From the NCBI GenBank assembly GCA_950097015.1, contig CATNEN010000007.1:12090001-12154000 (forward strand): a stretch of DNA of 64,000 bases. The letters run 5' to 3'. Shown here piece by piece: positions 25,701-37,700 of this stretch. How positions within the stretch are numbered: position 1 is the first letter of the stretch; each line of letters begins with the position of its first letter. This stretch comes from Macrostomum hystrix. Lineage: Eukaryota; Animalia; Platyhelminthes. Below the pieces are notes generated by a model, which saw nothing but the letters and a program-made list of their open reading frames with translations, was not told where the DNA came from and ran no database searches. A program made the translations under genes and the position numbers.

Positions 25701-28700
25701 TTCCTGGAGGCGATGGAGTCCCACCTGGCCCAGCTGGAGGGTCGCCGAGTCTCCAGGTCCGACTCCAGCAACAGCATCAGCTCCGCTGCATCGCCCGCAC
25801 CGGCAGCTTCCGTCGCGCCCGCTTCCGCCTCCTCCTCCAGCGTCAGTGAGGCCCAGCGACAGGTGCTGCTGATGGAGGAACAGCGGCAGCTCGACAAGCT
25901 CAAGGCAGAGCGACAGCGACAGCTTGCCAGCAGCGGCGGTCAGGCCGCGTCGAAGCCGCAGCCGTCTGAGCAGCCGGCGCAGCAGCAGAAAAGCAGCAAC
26001 GAGGACAATCTGCTGCTGCTGGATTCGACTCGTAAGCGAGATTTTTCAAATGTTTTTTACTATCTGTATTCTAGCAGCTTAGCTAAACCTACCAGCTCAT
26101 GATCCCCATCACCTACGCACTCTGCAGCTGCCACGACCTCTGCAGCGGCCTTTACACCGTTCCCGCCTCAGCAACCTGCGGCCGCATTCTGTAAGCTTTT
26201 GCCTTCTTGTGTAATACCGGCGTAGAACTTGTGCAACTGCCTTGTGCAAAGCTCAAACAGCTTTCTCCCCAAAATTCTTGCAGCTCCGTTCTCTACGGCC
26301 AGTTTCTCAGCGTTTCCTCCTGCGGCAGGTAAGGAATGCGATTTTCTGCTTCTGTATTAATCTGAGCCCTCGGCTTCTTGTATCTCACCCACCTCACTCC
26401 GTCTTCCATCCACCTCACTCCGTCTTCTATCCACTTCACTCCGTCTTCTATCCACCTCACTCCGTCTCCCATCCACCTCACTCCGTCTCCCATCCACCTC
26501 ACTCCGTCTTCCATTCACCTCACTCCGTCTTCCATCCACCTCACTCCGTCTTCCATCCACCTCACTCCGTCTTCCATTTACCTCACTCCGTCATCCATTC
26601 ACCTCACTCCGTCTCCCATCCACCCACTCAGTGTCTTCCTAGATATCTAGTTTAGAAGTTTTGTTCTTTTTATCAAGTGAAAACTAGATTTATCTACTGA
26701 CACCAGAGTCTCACGATGTTGCGCCTTTAATATGACTATTATGTGCTTTTTGATAGCTTTCCCGGCTGCCTACTCTGTGGCGCCTGGGGCCGCCTACTCT
26801 GCAGCGCCTACAGCCTACTCTCCGGCGCCCACTGCCTTCTCTCCTGCGCCCACTGCCTACTCACCGGCGCCCATTGCCTTCTCTGCAGCCCCCGCTGCCT
26901 ACTCTCCGGCCTACTCTCCGGCGCCCACTGCCTTCTCTGCAGCCCCCGCTGCCTACTCTCCGGCGCCCACTGCCTTCTCTGCAGCGCCTGTTCCAGTGTC
27001 GGCATCATCAGGTAAGTGTTAACACAAGTCATCTGGATTCTAGATTGAAAGTGATGCTGAGTTTAGTGATGGTGCTAACAGCAGGTCGAGAAGGGTCATG
27101 CTGGGTCTAGAAGGGTCATGCCGGGTCTAGAAGGGTCATGCGGGGTCTAGAAGGCTAATGCTGGATGTAGAAGGGTCATGCCGCGTCTAGAAGGGTCATG
27201 CCGGGTCTAGAAGGGTCATGCTAGGTCTAGAAGGCTCATGCTGGGTGTAGAAGAGTCATGCTGGGTCTAGATGGGTCATGCCGGGTCTAGAAGGTTCATG
27301 CCGGGTCTAGAAGGCTCATGCTAGGTCTAGAAGGCTCATGCTGGGTCTAGAAGGCTCATGCTGGGTGTAGAAGAGTCATGCTGGGTCTAGAAGGGTCATG
27401 CCGGGTCTAGAAGGGTCATGCCGGGTCTAGAAGGGTCATGCCGGGTCTAGAAGGGTCATGCCGGGTCTAGAAGGGTCATGCCGGGTCTAGAAGGGTCATG
27501 CCGGGTCTAGAAGGCTAATGCTGGATGTAGAAGGGTCATGCCGGGTCTAGAAGGGTCATGCCGGGTCTAGAAGGCTCATGCCGGGTCTAGAAGGGTCATG
27601 CCGGGTCTAGAAGGGTCATGCCGGGTCTAGAAGGGTCATGCCGGGTCTAGAAGGGTCATGCCGGGTCTATGAGATCGATGATGCTTTTGCGACAGCGTTC
27701 GCGAATATATTACAAGAATAGAATTAAAAGGCTTTGGTTTGAATCACTTTGCTCAAGTTAGCTAACTTTGGCAGCACCGCAGCAGCAGTCTAGTATTAGA
27801 CATTGCCCACAAGTTCAGTTCGTGCCGACCGTGAACTTCCCTCACTAACGTGCCACAAAAACCGCAGGTTTACTGCCCCCAAACAACTAATTGCCGCCTT
27901 TGCTTGCCACCTTGAAAATTAATTCTGCGGCTGCGTGCCTGCCCCACCGCAGCCACGCTTATAAAAGCAAGCAAAAATAAATACACAGATTGGCTGTCTG
28001 GGGCAGCGGCTTGGCCTGCCCTGGAAGCATTGCTGTACGCACTGTTACCGCTGCCACATGTGGCACAGGGTCCACGACTTGGCCACGAATGTACAGTTTT
28101 GTACAGCCCTCCATTTTTCCTGTAGGACTGGAAAGCTTTTTAACTGATCACGAATCACGACCTCACCTCCAATCCTTCCTTCCAGTGTTTGACCCGTTCG
28201 GCGGTGTCCTGGAGCCGACCCGCCCCAGCCAGCCAAAGCAGCAGCAGCAGCAGCAGCAGCAGGCATCTTCCGCTAGCCGATCCGGCTTGACAGGCGACCT
28301 GGACTCGAGTCTTGCCGCCCTGGCCGGTCGCCTAGACGTGCGCGGCCCGTCAGCCCAGCAGCTGACTGCTGGCGGCGCCGCTGGCCGTCAGGGCATTAAC
28401 TGGACGCACGCGGGCGGCGGCGGCGGCGCAGCCCTGGCCAATTCTTCGCGCACAGGCGGCAGCCTCAGCGCCCCGGTGCCCATCGCGCCAGGACCCACCG
28501 TCAATTGGAGCGTCGGCGGCATGGCGATGGCGGGACAACCAAGATTCGCCATGCAGGTGAGGCTGGGGCTCTCTAGGAAACCTTTAGCCCCGATTGAATC
28601 TCGGTTTTCAGTAGGTTTGGTCTGGTTTGGTCTGGTTTGAGTAGGTTTGGTCTGGTTTGAGTAGGTTTGGTCTGGTTGAGTTAATTTGTCTGGTTTGAGT

Positions 28701-30152
28701 AGGTTTGGTCTGGTTTGAGTAGGTTTGGTCTGGTTGAGTTAATTTGTCTGGTTTGAGTAGGTTTGGTCTGGTTTGAGTAGGTTTGGTCTGGTTTGAGTAG
28801 GTTTGGTCTGGTTTGAGTAGGTTTGGTCTGGTTTGAGTAGGTTTGGTCTGGTTTGAGTAGGTTTGGTCTGGTTTGAGTAGGTTTGGTCTGGTTTGAGTAG
28901 GTTTGGTCAGGTTTGAGTAAGTCTGTTCTGGTTTGAGTAGGTTTGGTCTGGTTGAGTTAATTTGACTGGTTTGAGTAGGTTTGGTCTGGTTTGAGTAGGT
29001 TTGGTCTGGTTTGAGTAGGTTTGGTCTGGTTTGAGTAGGTTTGGTCTGGTTTGAGTAGGTTTGGTCAGGTTTGAGTAAGTCTGTTCTGGTTTGAGTAGGT
29101 TTGGTCTGGTTGAGTTAATTTGTCTGGTTTGAGTAGGTTTGGTCTGGTTTGAGTAGGTTTAGTCAGGTTTGAGTAGGTTTGGTCTGGTTTGAGTACATTT
29201 GGTAAGGTTTGAGTAGGTTTGGTCTGGTTTGAGTAGGTTTGGTCTGGTTTGAGTAGGTTTGGTCTGGTTTGAGTAGGTTTGGTCTGGTTTGAGTAGGTTT
29301 GGTCTGGTTTGAGTAGGTTTGGTCTGGTTTGAGTAGGTTTGGTCAGGTTTGAGTAGGTTTGGTCTGGTTTGAGTTAATTTGGTCCGTTTGAGTAGATTTG
29401 GTCAGGCCTGAGAAGATTTAGCAGTTTAGAGTTTGGTTTGACTGTCATACATAGACAGCTGATCATTTTGCTTTGCCGTTTCATTGGTACTAGTTAGTCC
29501 TGAGGCATCTTGAGTAACTTTTGTTTTACTTTCGTATTTATTTACTCACCGTGGCAGCAGCAGCAGCAGTTTGGCCCGGCTTATGTCGCTGGTCCGTTTG
29601 GTCAGCCAGTTTATGGCCTGCAGCAGCAGCAGTGGCAGAGCTGGCCAGCCAATCAGAACTCACCGGGGCTGCCACCCGGGCAGGTAAAAGTGTAGACAAG
29701 CTAATATAAGATAATTAGCTAACAAAAATACGGATTTCTGTTTTGTTTGACATTTTCTGTTATTAAATATATTTTTCTTGGCTTGGCAATCAGAACCTGA
29801 CCCACTCGGAGAAGAGTGAGACTTTGATATGGCTAGGAGGAGCCTAGCAGTTATAATACCAGCGATTTTCTCGTCATGAAATTGAGGGCAGCAGCTGTCA
29901 GCCGTGTCGCCAGTAGCCCTAATTAACCTGATGGACCAATCGCTCACTCGCGGCTGGCGGGGCTGTCTAACAAGAGTCATTCGTTGCTAGTTGCTAGTTG
30001 AAAACCCAGTTTTGCCTAAGTTTTCAGTATGCTCTAACTCGCCTACTATGAGTAGCTATATCGTTTTTTTTGTTGCTTTAAATGCATTTATCTCACCAAA
30101 AATATTTCAGCAGAACGGCAGCGGCCCAAGCGATCCGTTTGGCGCTCTGTGA
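22752..30152 (+). CDS. PICALM: Phosphatidylinositol-binding clathrin assembly protein (PICALM/AP180/LAP/UNC-11), ~697 aa, 9 predicted exons
   Basis: Exons 22752-22917, 24108-24418, 25317-26031, 26128-26190, 26284-26328, 26757-27011, 28186-28556, 29558-29683, 30111-30152, all phase-compatible (2094 nt). ANTH motifs KATT..PKKKHL and WVVVFKAL; DLDSSLA; DPF motifs; terminal DPFGAL. The small tail exons are less certain. Confidence 0.9.
24455..25221. repeat. 33-bp minisatellite, ~23 copies (PICALM intron 2)
   Basis: (TCTCTGCCACWTTCCTGTGGGTTGCCGCTGTCT)n. Confidence 0.96.
26386..26625. repeat. 21-bp minisatellite (PICALM intron)
   Basis: (CCACCTCACTCCGTCTTCCAT)n. Confidence 0.93.
27089..27669. repeat. 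20-bp minisatellite, ~29 copies (PICALM intron)
   Basis: (AGAAGGGTCATGCCGGGTCT)n. Confidence 0.95.
28610..29406. repeat. 20-bp G/T-rich minisatellite (PICALM intron)
   Basis: (GAGTAGGTTTGGTCTGGTTT)n. Confidence 0.95.
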
Positions 30153-30444
30153 CAACTTCCTGTCCGGGCTTCTGATATCCACAGATGCACGCAGAGACAC
30201 CCACTGACTGTTTTCCAGCACATACAGCATTGCACCTCTGTTTTCCTTTGTTAGACGCCTAGCAACTATATCTGATCTGTTTTTTCTCATCTAGCTTGCT
30301 CGCTCTTATCTCTCTGATCCATTCAGCTGACTTCGCGCTTGCGTTGCGCTTGTGTTGTGTTTTTAGTTAGCTTTCCTCCGGGGTGACCTGATGCGGCTCC
30401 TTTATGCGAACTGAGCTTTTACAACTGCAGCGACCTCAGGAGTC

Positions 30445-31143
30445 CCAACCTGTCTCCGCAACCTGTCTGCCCAGCCTGTCTGCCCAACCTGTCTCCCCAA
30501 CCTGTCTCCCAACCTGTCTCCCCAGCCTGTCTGCCCAACCTGTCTCCCCAGCCTGTCTGCCCAGCCTGTCTCCCCAACCTGTCTGCCCAACCTGTCTGCC
30601 CAGCCTGTCTGCCCAGCCTGTCTCCCCAACCTGTCTGCCCAACCTGTCTGCCCAGCCTGTCTGCCCAGCCTGTCTCCCCAACCTGTCTGCCCAGCCTGTC
30701 TGCCCAGCCTGTCTCCCCAGCCTGTCTCCCCAGCCTGTCTGCCCAGCCTGTCTGCCCAGCCTGTCTGCCCAACCTGTCTGTCCAGCCTGTCTGTCCAGCC
30801 TGTCTCCCCAGCCTGTCTGCCCAACCTGTCTGCCCAGCCTGTCTGCCCAGCCTGTCTGCCCAGCCTGTCTGCCCAGCCTGTCTGCCCAGCCTGTCTGCCC
30901 AACCTGTCTGCCCAGCCTGTCTGCCCAGCCTGTCTGCCCAACCTGTCTGCCCAACCTGTCTGCCCAGCCTGTCTCCCCAGCCTGTCTGCCCAGCCTGTCT
31001 GCCCAGCCTGTCTGCCCAGCCTGTCTGCCCAACCTGTCTGCCCAACCTGTCTGCCCAGCCTGTCTCCCCAGCCTGTCTGCCCAGCCTGTCTGCCCAGCCT
31101 GTCTGCCCAGCCTGTCTGCCCAGCCTGTCTCCCCAACCTGTCT
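30445..31143. repeat. 13-bp minisatellite downstream of PICALM stop
   Basis: (CCTGTCTSCCCAR)n. Confidence 0.96.
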
Positions 31144-31673
31144 AAAGCTTTCTTCTGTGATTCGCGTTTGTTTAAAAGGCGTAGAAGGTGAAATCAATAA
31201 GCTGGTCACTCTGCACGGTCGCACAGCTGTTGCGGTTGATTCAGATTTTTTGTATCTGAAAAATGTCTCGTGCAGTCTGTGTGTGTCGGCTCTGTTGTAT
31301 CCCTAAAAGTATTTTATATTTAAAATTTTATATTTTTAGACAAAGTTTTTAAAGGGCTTTGCCGCTTGTCTCGCGGTCAATAATTGTCACAACGATACCT
31401 GCGCTTGGCTGGCTGTACGCTTTCTCAGCCTTTCGTTTTCAGTTAAACGAAGATTTTTTGAAAATAATATACATTGCAAAATCACATAATCACACTTTAC
31501 TTAATGCCGAAACAGGTATTTATTAATTTATTGATTAATTTGCTGACTCGCACTACTATTCAAGACTGAATGCTTCAATCCGAGCTTTTTCTCCATTTTT
31601 TCTTCATCGGGAGCTTCTAGCCCATCAATGAGAGCTTGACACTTCTGACCGGGAGGTCGGGAGTTCGCATCGG

Positions 31674-32358
31674 GATTCTCACCCCATCTGATTGCATGAC
31701 CCACTGATTCTCACTCCATCTGATTGCATGACCCACTGATTCTCACTCCATCTGATTGCATGACCCACTGATTCTCACTCCATCTGATTGCATGACCCAC
31801 TGATTCTCACTGCATCTGATTGCATGACCCACTGATTCTCACTCCATCTGATTGCATGACCCACTGATTCTCACTCCATCTGATTGCATGACCCACTGAT
31901 TCTCACTGCATCTGATTGCATGACCCACTGATTCTCACTCCATCTGATTGCATGACCCACTGATTCTCACTGCATCTGATTGCATGACCCACTGATTCTC
32001 ACTGCATCTGATTGTATGACCCACTGATTCTCACTCCATCTGATTGCATGACCCACTGATTCTCACTCCATCTGATTGTATGACCCACTGATTCTCACTC
32101 CATCTGATTGCATGACCCACTGATTCTCACTCCATCTGATTGCATGACCCACTGATTCTCACTCCATCTGATTGCATGACCCACTGACTCTCACTGTATC
32201 TGATTGCATGACCCACTGATTCTCACTGCATCTGATTGCATGACCCACTGACTCTCACTCCATCTGATTGCATGACCCACTGATTCTCACTCCATCTGAT
32301 TGCATGACCCACTGACTCTCACTGTATCTGATTGCATGACCCACTGATTCTCATTGCA
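31674..32358. repeat. 32-bp minisatellite, ~21 copies
   Basis: (GATTCTCACTCCATCTGATTGCATGACCCACT)n. Confidence 0.96.
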
Positions 32359-33060
32359 CCAGCTGCAATAACTCACGAATTCTCAATCTATGTTTGTATA
32401 AAATTAATGCACTTTTAAGAAGTCGGCCCTAGTAAAGCTTCTCCCCAAATTATTCCAAAGAAGTGTCTGGCAGCAATCAGTGGTGATCCGGTATCTGGCC
32501 GGGTGCTCGCCAGACCCCCGGGACCACCTGTTCCAGTGTCCCAGTTTGATGCAGCAGCGAATTCGGAGTCTTTGACGCACTGAGCGGCGCTGGAAAAATT
32601 ATTGAGACGGGCGGCCGCGGCCGCTAACAAGATCCAGCTCAAAGGAGCGATAATTAAACCGGTGTGTGCGAGTCCGCGCGAACTTCCTAGCTCCCCCGAG
32701 CCTGCCAGCGCCCTAATTAGAAGTCGAGAAGCAGCACATTGCAACAGAGGCCTCGCATCCCGCCCACCTGGCCAGATCGTGTCAGCGCGCAGTTTCACGC
32801 GAGTCGCACGCGAGCTTCGCAGTCTGGCGCGATGAATTATCGGCTTGATGACCTGACGACCGCCGCCGATTCGCAGCTGCGGGCTCCGTTGCTGGGGCTA
32901 TAATGAGGCCTAGGAAATGCGTGCCGCACACTGCCGTGCTCAGCAAAAATCAGGCAGCGCTGCTCAGCTCACTCTTGTATAGGCCAAGTCTGCGAGCTTT
33001 AGTTCCGAGTGGAGCAGAGCCCTGTGTGTCTGTGAGCTGTTCGGACCAGTAACCAGGGTG

Positions 33061-33314
33061 CTGTAGTGATGGATCTCAAGTCTGTAGTGATGGATCTCAG
33101 GTCTGTTGTGATGGATCTCAGGTCTGTAGTGATGGATCTCAGGTCTGTAGTGATGGATCTCAAGTCTGTAGTGATGGATCTCAGGTCTGTAGTGATGGAT
33201 CTCAGGTCTGTAGTGATGGATCTCAGGTCTGTAGTGATGGATCTCAAGTCTGTAGTGATGGATCTCAGGTCTGTTGTGATGGATCTCAGGTCTGTAGTGA
33301 TGGATCTCAGGTCT
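33061..33314. repeat. 21-bp minisatellite, 12 copies
   Basis: (CTGTAGTGATGGATCTCARGT)n. Confidence 0.95.
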
Positions 33315-34404
33315 CGTAGACGAAGACGACGCATGGCTAATGTGATCCACCTGGCCCGTCTGGCCCCGAGTGCTCATCAAGCAGATGCGGCAACCCAGAA
33401 TCACCCTGCTGCTCTACCCAACTGGCCAACTGAGCATCTGCGGTGCAAAGAGCTACTCCGACTCGGTCAAGGCTGCCCGCCGCCTCGTGGCTATGTTACA
33501 TCGCCGACTCAGCTGCTGCCTCGTCATGCTTTCCGTGTGAGAATTAAGACTTTTACTGCAAAGGTGAAGCCTTGGCGTATGTGGTGCCTTTCTCTGTCAA
33601 ATTTGTGTAATACTATTCCCAGTGCAAGCTGTGAACCTGAGTCCTTCTCTGCTTTAATTTGTAGCCTCCGTTTTTGCAAGTGTTTGCTTTTCCATAAAAC
33701 ACTTTCCATCGCTCATTTGTTCTCAGTGGAGCTCGCTCTCTGCGTCAACTGTTCGATGCTGAGTATCTGGCAGCTCTTGTCACTTAAATCGAAAAATACC
33801 ATTTTTAGTGACCAGCTAAATGGAAACCACGTTTTTAATGAAAATGGCCTTTGTGGTTAGTAAGAATCGGAAGTATAATTGCCTTGTGGAGGGAAAATCT
33901 TGTGAAATTTAGAAACCCGTCATGCTCACATTTAATATGAAAAGCAAACAGACAATTTGAATATCCTAAAAGCTATAGCCAACCAGACACCAGCTTTGTG
34001 ATTACCACAAAAAAAATTACTGTTGAAAATTCTTTACACAGAGAGAGAATTCAGCTACTGGTGATCGATTTATGCAAAAAAATTTGGGGAACAGAAAAAC
34101 GGAAACAGAATTTTTCGAATATAAATTAAGTCAACTATGCGCGGATAAACAGTAAACTCAAAAGCAAACAATACTAAGCTGAGAAACTAAGAAACACATT
34201 TACCAATAGCCTTTCGCGTAGGAAAACACTTCGGTGTAGCAATGACAGGCACATGAACAGAGAAATGGACGAATCGCATGAAAATCCGTCCTTGAGTGGG
34301 AGTAGAATAAAAAACGGCATCTACACTAAATGATCCCGTCCGTTGAATGGCAGAATAGTAGAATAGGGAGAAATCAAAGTATGAAAATCGATCGTAAGCA
34401 GGCG

Positions 34405-34585
34405 CCTTCTCATGAATGCTCTCTGGGTACTGCAAGTCAACTTCCAGCAGATATCCAACCTGTGAGTCGTTACTCAGATTTAAGGTGTCAACAGTCCAGA
34501 ATTTCATCATCAACCCAGCTGAATCCTCCGTCTGGCAATGACATTGAGAGAGCAACTCCGTAAAGATTATTCACATCCAGTGGAA
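34405..34585 (-). pseudogene. Relic of Polinton/Maverick-type protein-primed DNA polymerase B
   Basis: Minus-strand translation gives LDVNNLYGVALSMSLPDGGFSWV (PolB motif A) and, after a frameshift, SQVGYLLEVDLQYPESIHE. These two motifs are consecutive in Polinton pPolB. Confidence 0.8.
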
Positions 34586-34601
34586 GATCTGCTCTGCCAG
34601 G

Positions 34602-34611
34602 TTGCTGCTGC

Positions 34612-34642
<31 letters not shown>

Positions 34643-34661
34643 ACTACTGCTCCTGCTGCTG

Positions 34662-34709
<48 letters not shown>

Positions 34710-34722
34710 CTTCTTCTTCTTC
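34602..34722. repeat. (CTG/CAG)n microsatellite plus (GAA)n LINE tail
   Basis: ~35 imperfect CTG triplets followed by (CTT)5 adjoining the LINE 3' UTR. Confidence 0.95.
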
Positions 34723-34771
34723 TGAATCCACCGTCCCCAAAGCTGCTACAGGCAGCGAGGAGGAGGAGCGC

Positions 34772-37700
34772 TCAGAGGCGCCCCAGTCTACGCAGGAGGG
34801 CGAGGACTTGTTCAGGGTGTAAATGCAGGGCCTCGTCCCAGTTGTCGTAGCGAACACGGGTACCGTCGCCGCGCGGGCACTCGAAGAGAATGTGCTCTTC
34901 AGTATCGAGATTGCCACAGTCGCGGCAGAGCGGGTCGTCAGTGAGGCCGAGACGATGGCGGGTGGAATTGGCCAGCATCGAGCATCCCGCCCTGAGCTGG
35001 TTGATGGCGACCGTCTCGGTGCGGCTGAGGTGTTTGGGGGTGGAGCGCCAGCACGGCCCCAGCACCTCGAGGTCAAGGGCGGCTCTCGCCCGGCGAAGGG
35101 CCGCCTTAGCAGCTTGGAAAGAGATGGGCCTGTCCTGCTGTCGTTCCAGACGGGCGCGATTAGCGTAGCGGTCGGCCAACTCATTTCCCGGGATGTCGCA
35201 GTGCGCCGGGACCCAAACAAACTCGCAGCTGTGTTGAAAGGCGCTCAGCGTTGCCCAGCAAAGGCTGCCATCAGCCGAGCGCTGCTCGCAGGGGCCGTGC
35301 TCAAGGGCTGCCAGCGCCGCCAGCGAGTCGCTATGGATGCGGATCGACGTCCCGTGGTCCGGCGTCAGCTGTCTGATGTAATCGAGGGCCGCCCGTATCG
35401 CGCATATCTCCGCCTGGAAGGAGCAAGCAACCCGGCCGGCAGGGGCGGCAATAATGGTACCCCACCTGCGGGTGTTGATAACGGCGGCGCCCCAGGCATC
35501 CGAGGTGCCGTCCCTGACGGAGCCGTCGGTCCAGACGTCGATGTCCGTCGGTTGGAGATCGGCAAGGAAGTTCAGCGCCCGGTCGCGTCGGATGCTCGTC
35601 GGGAGATAGCGGGCGCACAAAGCGGTGAGCGCCAGGTTGAAGTGGATCCGTGGATTGTCCATCAGGCAGTTGATCTCGGGGGTCGGCGGCGGGTATGGCT
35701 CGCGTGGAAGGGCCTCAAGATGGGCGGCCTCAGTGAGCTCAAGAGCCACGCGACGCCAGCAACCTCGGAACGGACGACGATAGTCATTTAGAAGCAGAGG
35801 ATTGATGGTCGGTTCCTGGCGACGATTGGCACTTTCAAAAGCGCGATTGAGGAGCCTGCTGCGGGTGATGCGCTCTGCGGAGTCGTGGGCCGGGACGTCG
35901 TCTGGCAGGCGGAGGACGCGTTCGCGGAGGAGTGCGGCGCGCTCAAGGATCACGTGTCCAAAAGGCGATAGGTTCGCTGCGGCTAGGAGGTTCGTAGAGC
36001 GAGTGAGCTGCGGGCATCCGGTGATGATGCGCGCACAAGCGTTCTGCTGCTGCTCTATCAACAATTTGGTACTCGGCGCGGCGCTCGCTCCCCAGATGCC
36101 GCAGCCATGGTCGGCGACGGCACGGATGGTCGCCAGGTAGGCAGTGCGTAGGACATTCTGGGAGGCACCGGCCTTCCTGCTCGCGAGGCTAGCCAGGGCT
36201 CGGCGGCGTTGGCTCATGCGCTTACGGACATCAGCAGCGTGGGCCGTGAAGTTGAGTTGGCCGTCGAGAACCAAGCCAAGGAACCTGGGATTCGGGTCGA
36301 AGTTGAGAGGCTCATTGCCGAGCTGGAGCGGGACCCGGACCTTCCCATTGACCTCATTCGGAGCAAGGGTGAACGTGCAGTAGCAGCACTTGTTGGTACT
36401 TAATTCGATCTTCCAGCGGGAGCACCAGCTGGTCACAGCATCCAGAGCTGGTTGGAGAACCTCGGCACACTTGAGCAGGGATGGTTGTGTGGCCAGGAGC
36501 GCCGAATCGTCCGCGTACAGGCTTATTCCGCAGTTGGGAGATGCCTCGGTAACGTCTGTGGCAAGATCGTTGACGAAGATGTTCCAGAGGGTCGGGGCCA
36601 GCACCGACCCTTGTGGCAGACCCTCCCGAAAAGTGCGTTGGCTGCTCATGGTGCCGTTCCAGCACACCGTAGCTCTGCGATCTTCGAGGAAAGCGGCCGT
36701 CCAGCTGATCGTGTTAGCATCAATGCCGAGCCGGACCATCTTGTAGGTCAGGGCCTCTTTCCAGACAGATTCGTACGCGCTCTTGAAATCCTGGCAGCTG
36801 AGGATGCTCCGGAAGGCCGGGGAGCGCTCGAGGCCGTCAAAAATGTCTTGGCAGACACGCGCCAGTTGTTCCTCCGAGCTACGTCCGCGGCGGAACCCAG
36901 CTTGGGCCGGCGAGAGCAGGCCCTTAGATTCAAGTTCATGTTGCATGCGTTGTAACACCATACGCTCCGCACACTTAGCAACGCAGCTCGTGAGGGCCAC
37001 TGGCCTGTAGGAGGCCACAAGCTTCGGGTCCTTCCCCTTTTTTGCGATCGGGATGATGGTTGCCAGCCGCCAGCTGCGCGGACATTGCTTGTTAGTCCAG
37101 GTAGCATTGATTAGGTCGAGTAAACGTTGGTCGAACCGGGTGCTGAGCCGCTTGAGCATCTCATTGTGGATGCCGTCAGGACCTGGGCTCTTGCCTGATT
37201 TTAGGCGACGGATGGCAGCGTGGAGTTCAGCCATGGAGAAAGGGACAGCAGTGGTTACCGGGTTCTTGCGGGCCATCTTAGCGACATCCCGGACGGGAGC
37301 GTCCGTCTTGCGGCGGCGCACTCTGGCGACGGAGGCATAGTGCTGGCAAAAGGTGTCCGCTTTTTCTTTGTCGGTACGGGCTGGGCGAAGGTCCGACCCA
37401 TCCGGCGCAGTGCGGGCGATGTCCACCTTGCCGCGCTGTGGTGCCCTGTCGCCTCGCGTGGCGCGGAGAAATTGGAAGAGGTCGCTGCCGACGGTGAGGT
37501 GTTGTGCCCGGTCTTCGAGGTACTCGCGGCGTTCTTTGCGGATGGTGTTTCCCGCCTCGTGTCTGGCCCGGTTGTAGTCGGCTAAGCTCTGAGGATTTGG
37601 CATGGCTTCGGCTTCTTTCCGCTTCTGGTTGCAGTTGTCTCGGGCTTTTTCGCAGTTGGAGTTCCAGAAAGGTGGCCTGTGGTTCGAAGGACTGCCGCGG

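Noticed and set aside
24074-26102. Long ORFs with hydrophobic ([11 protein letters not shown])n or ([11 protein letters not shown])n repeats as a membrane protein
   Set aside because: They are read-through of a 33-bp intronic minisatellite. Splicing 24418 to 25317 restores the canonical ANTH sequence DLCK-VKRG.
31630-31675. Second tRNA/SINE head (GACCGGGAGGTCGGGAGTTCG)
   Set aside because: Too short and degenerate, and it runs directly into a minisatellite.
30402-33860. Repetitive ORFs at 30402-31306 and 32964-33860
   Set aside because: Stop-free 13-bp and 21-bp repeats that are open in several frames on both strands; no domain signal.
34538-34850. Poly-Leu / poly-Ala ORFs
   Set aside because: Translations of the CTG microsatellite and the LINE tail.
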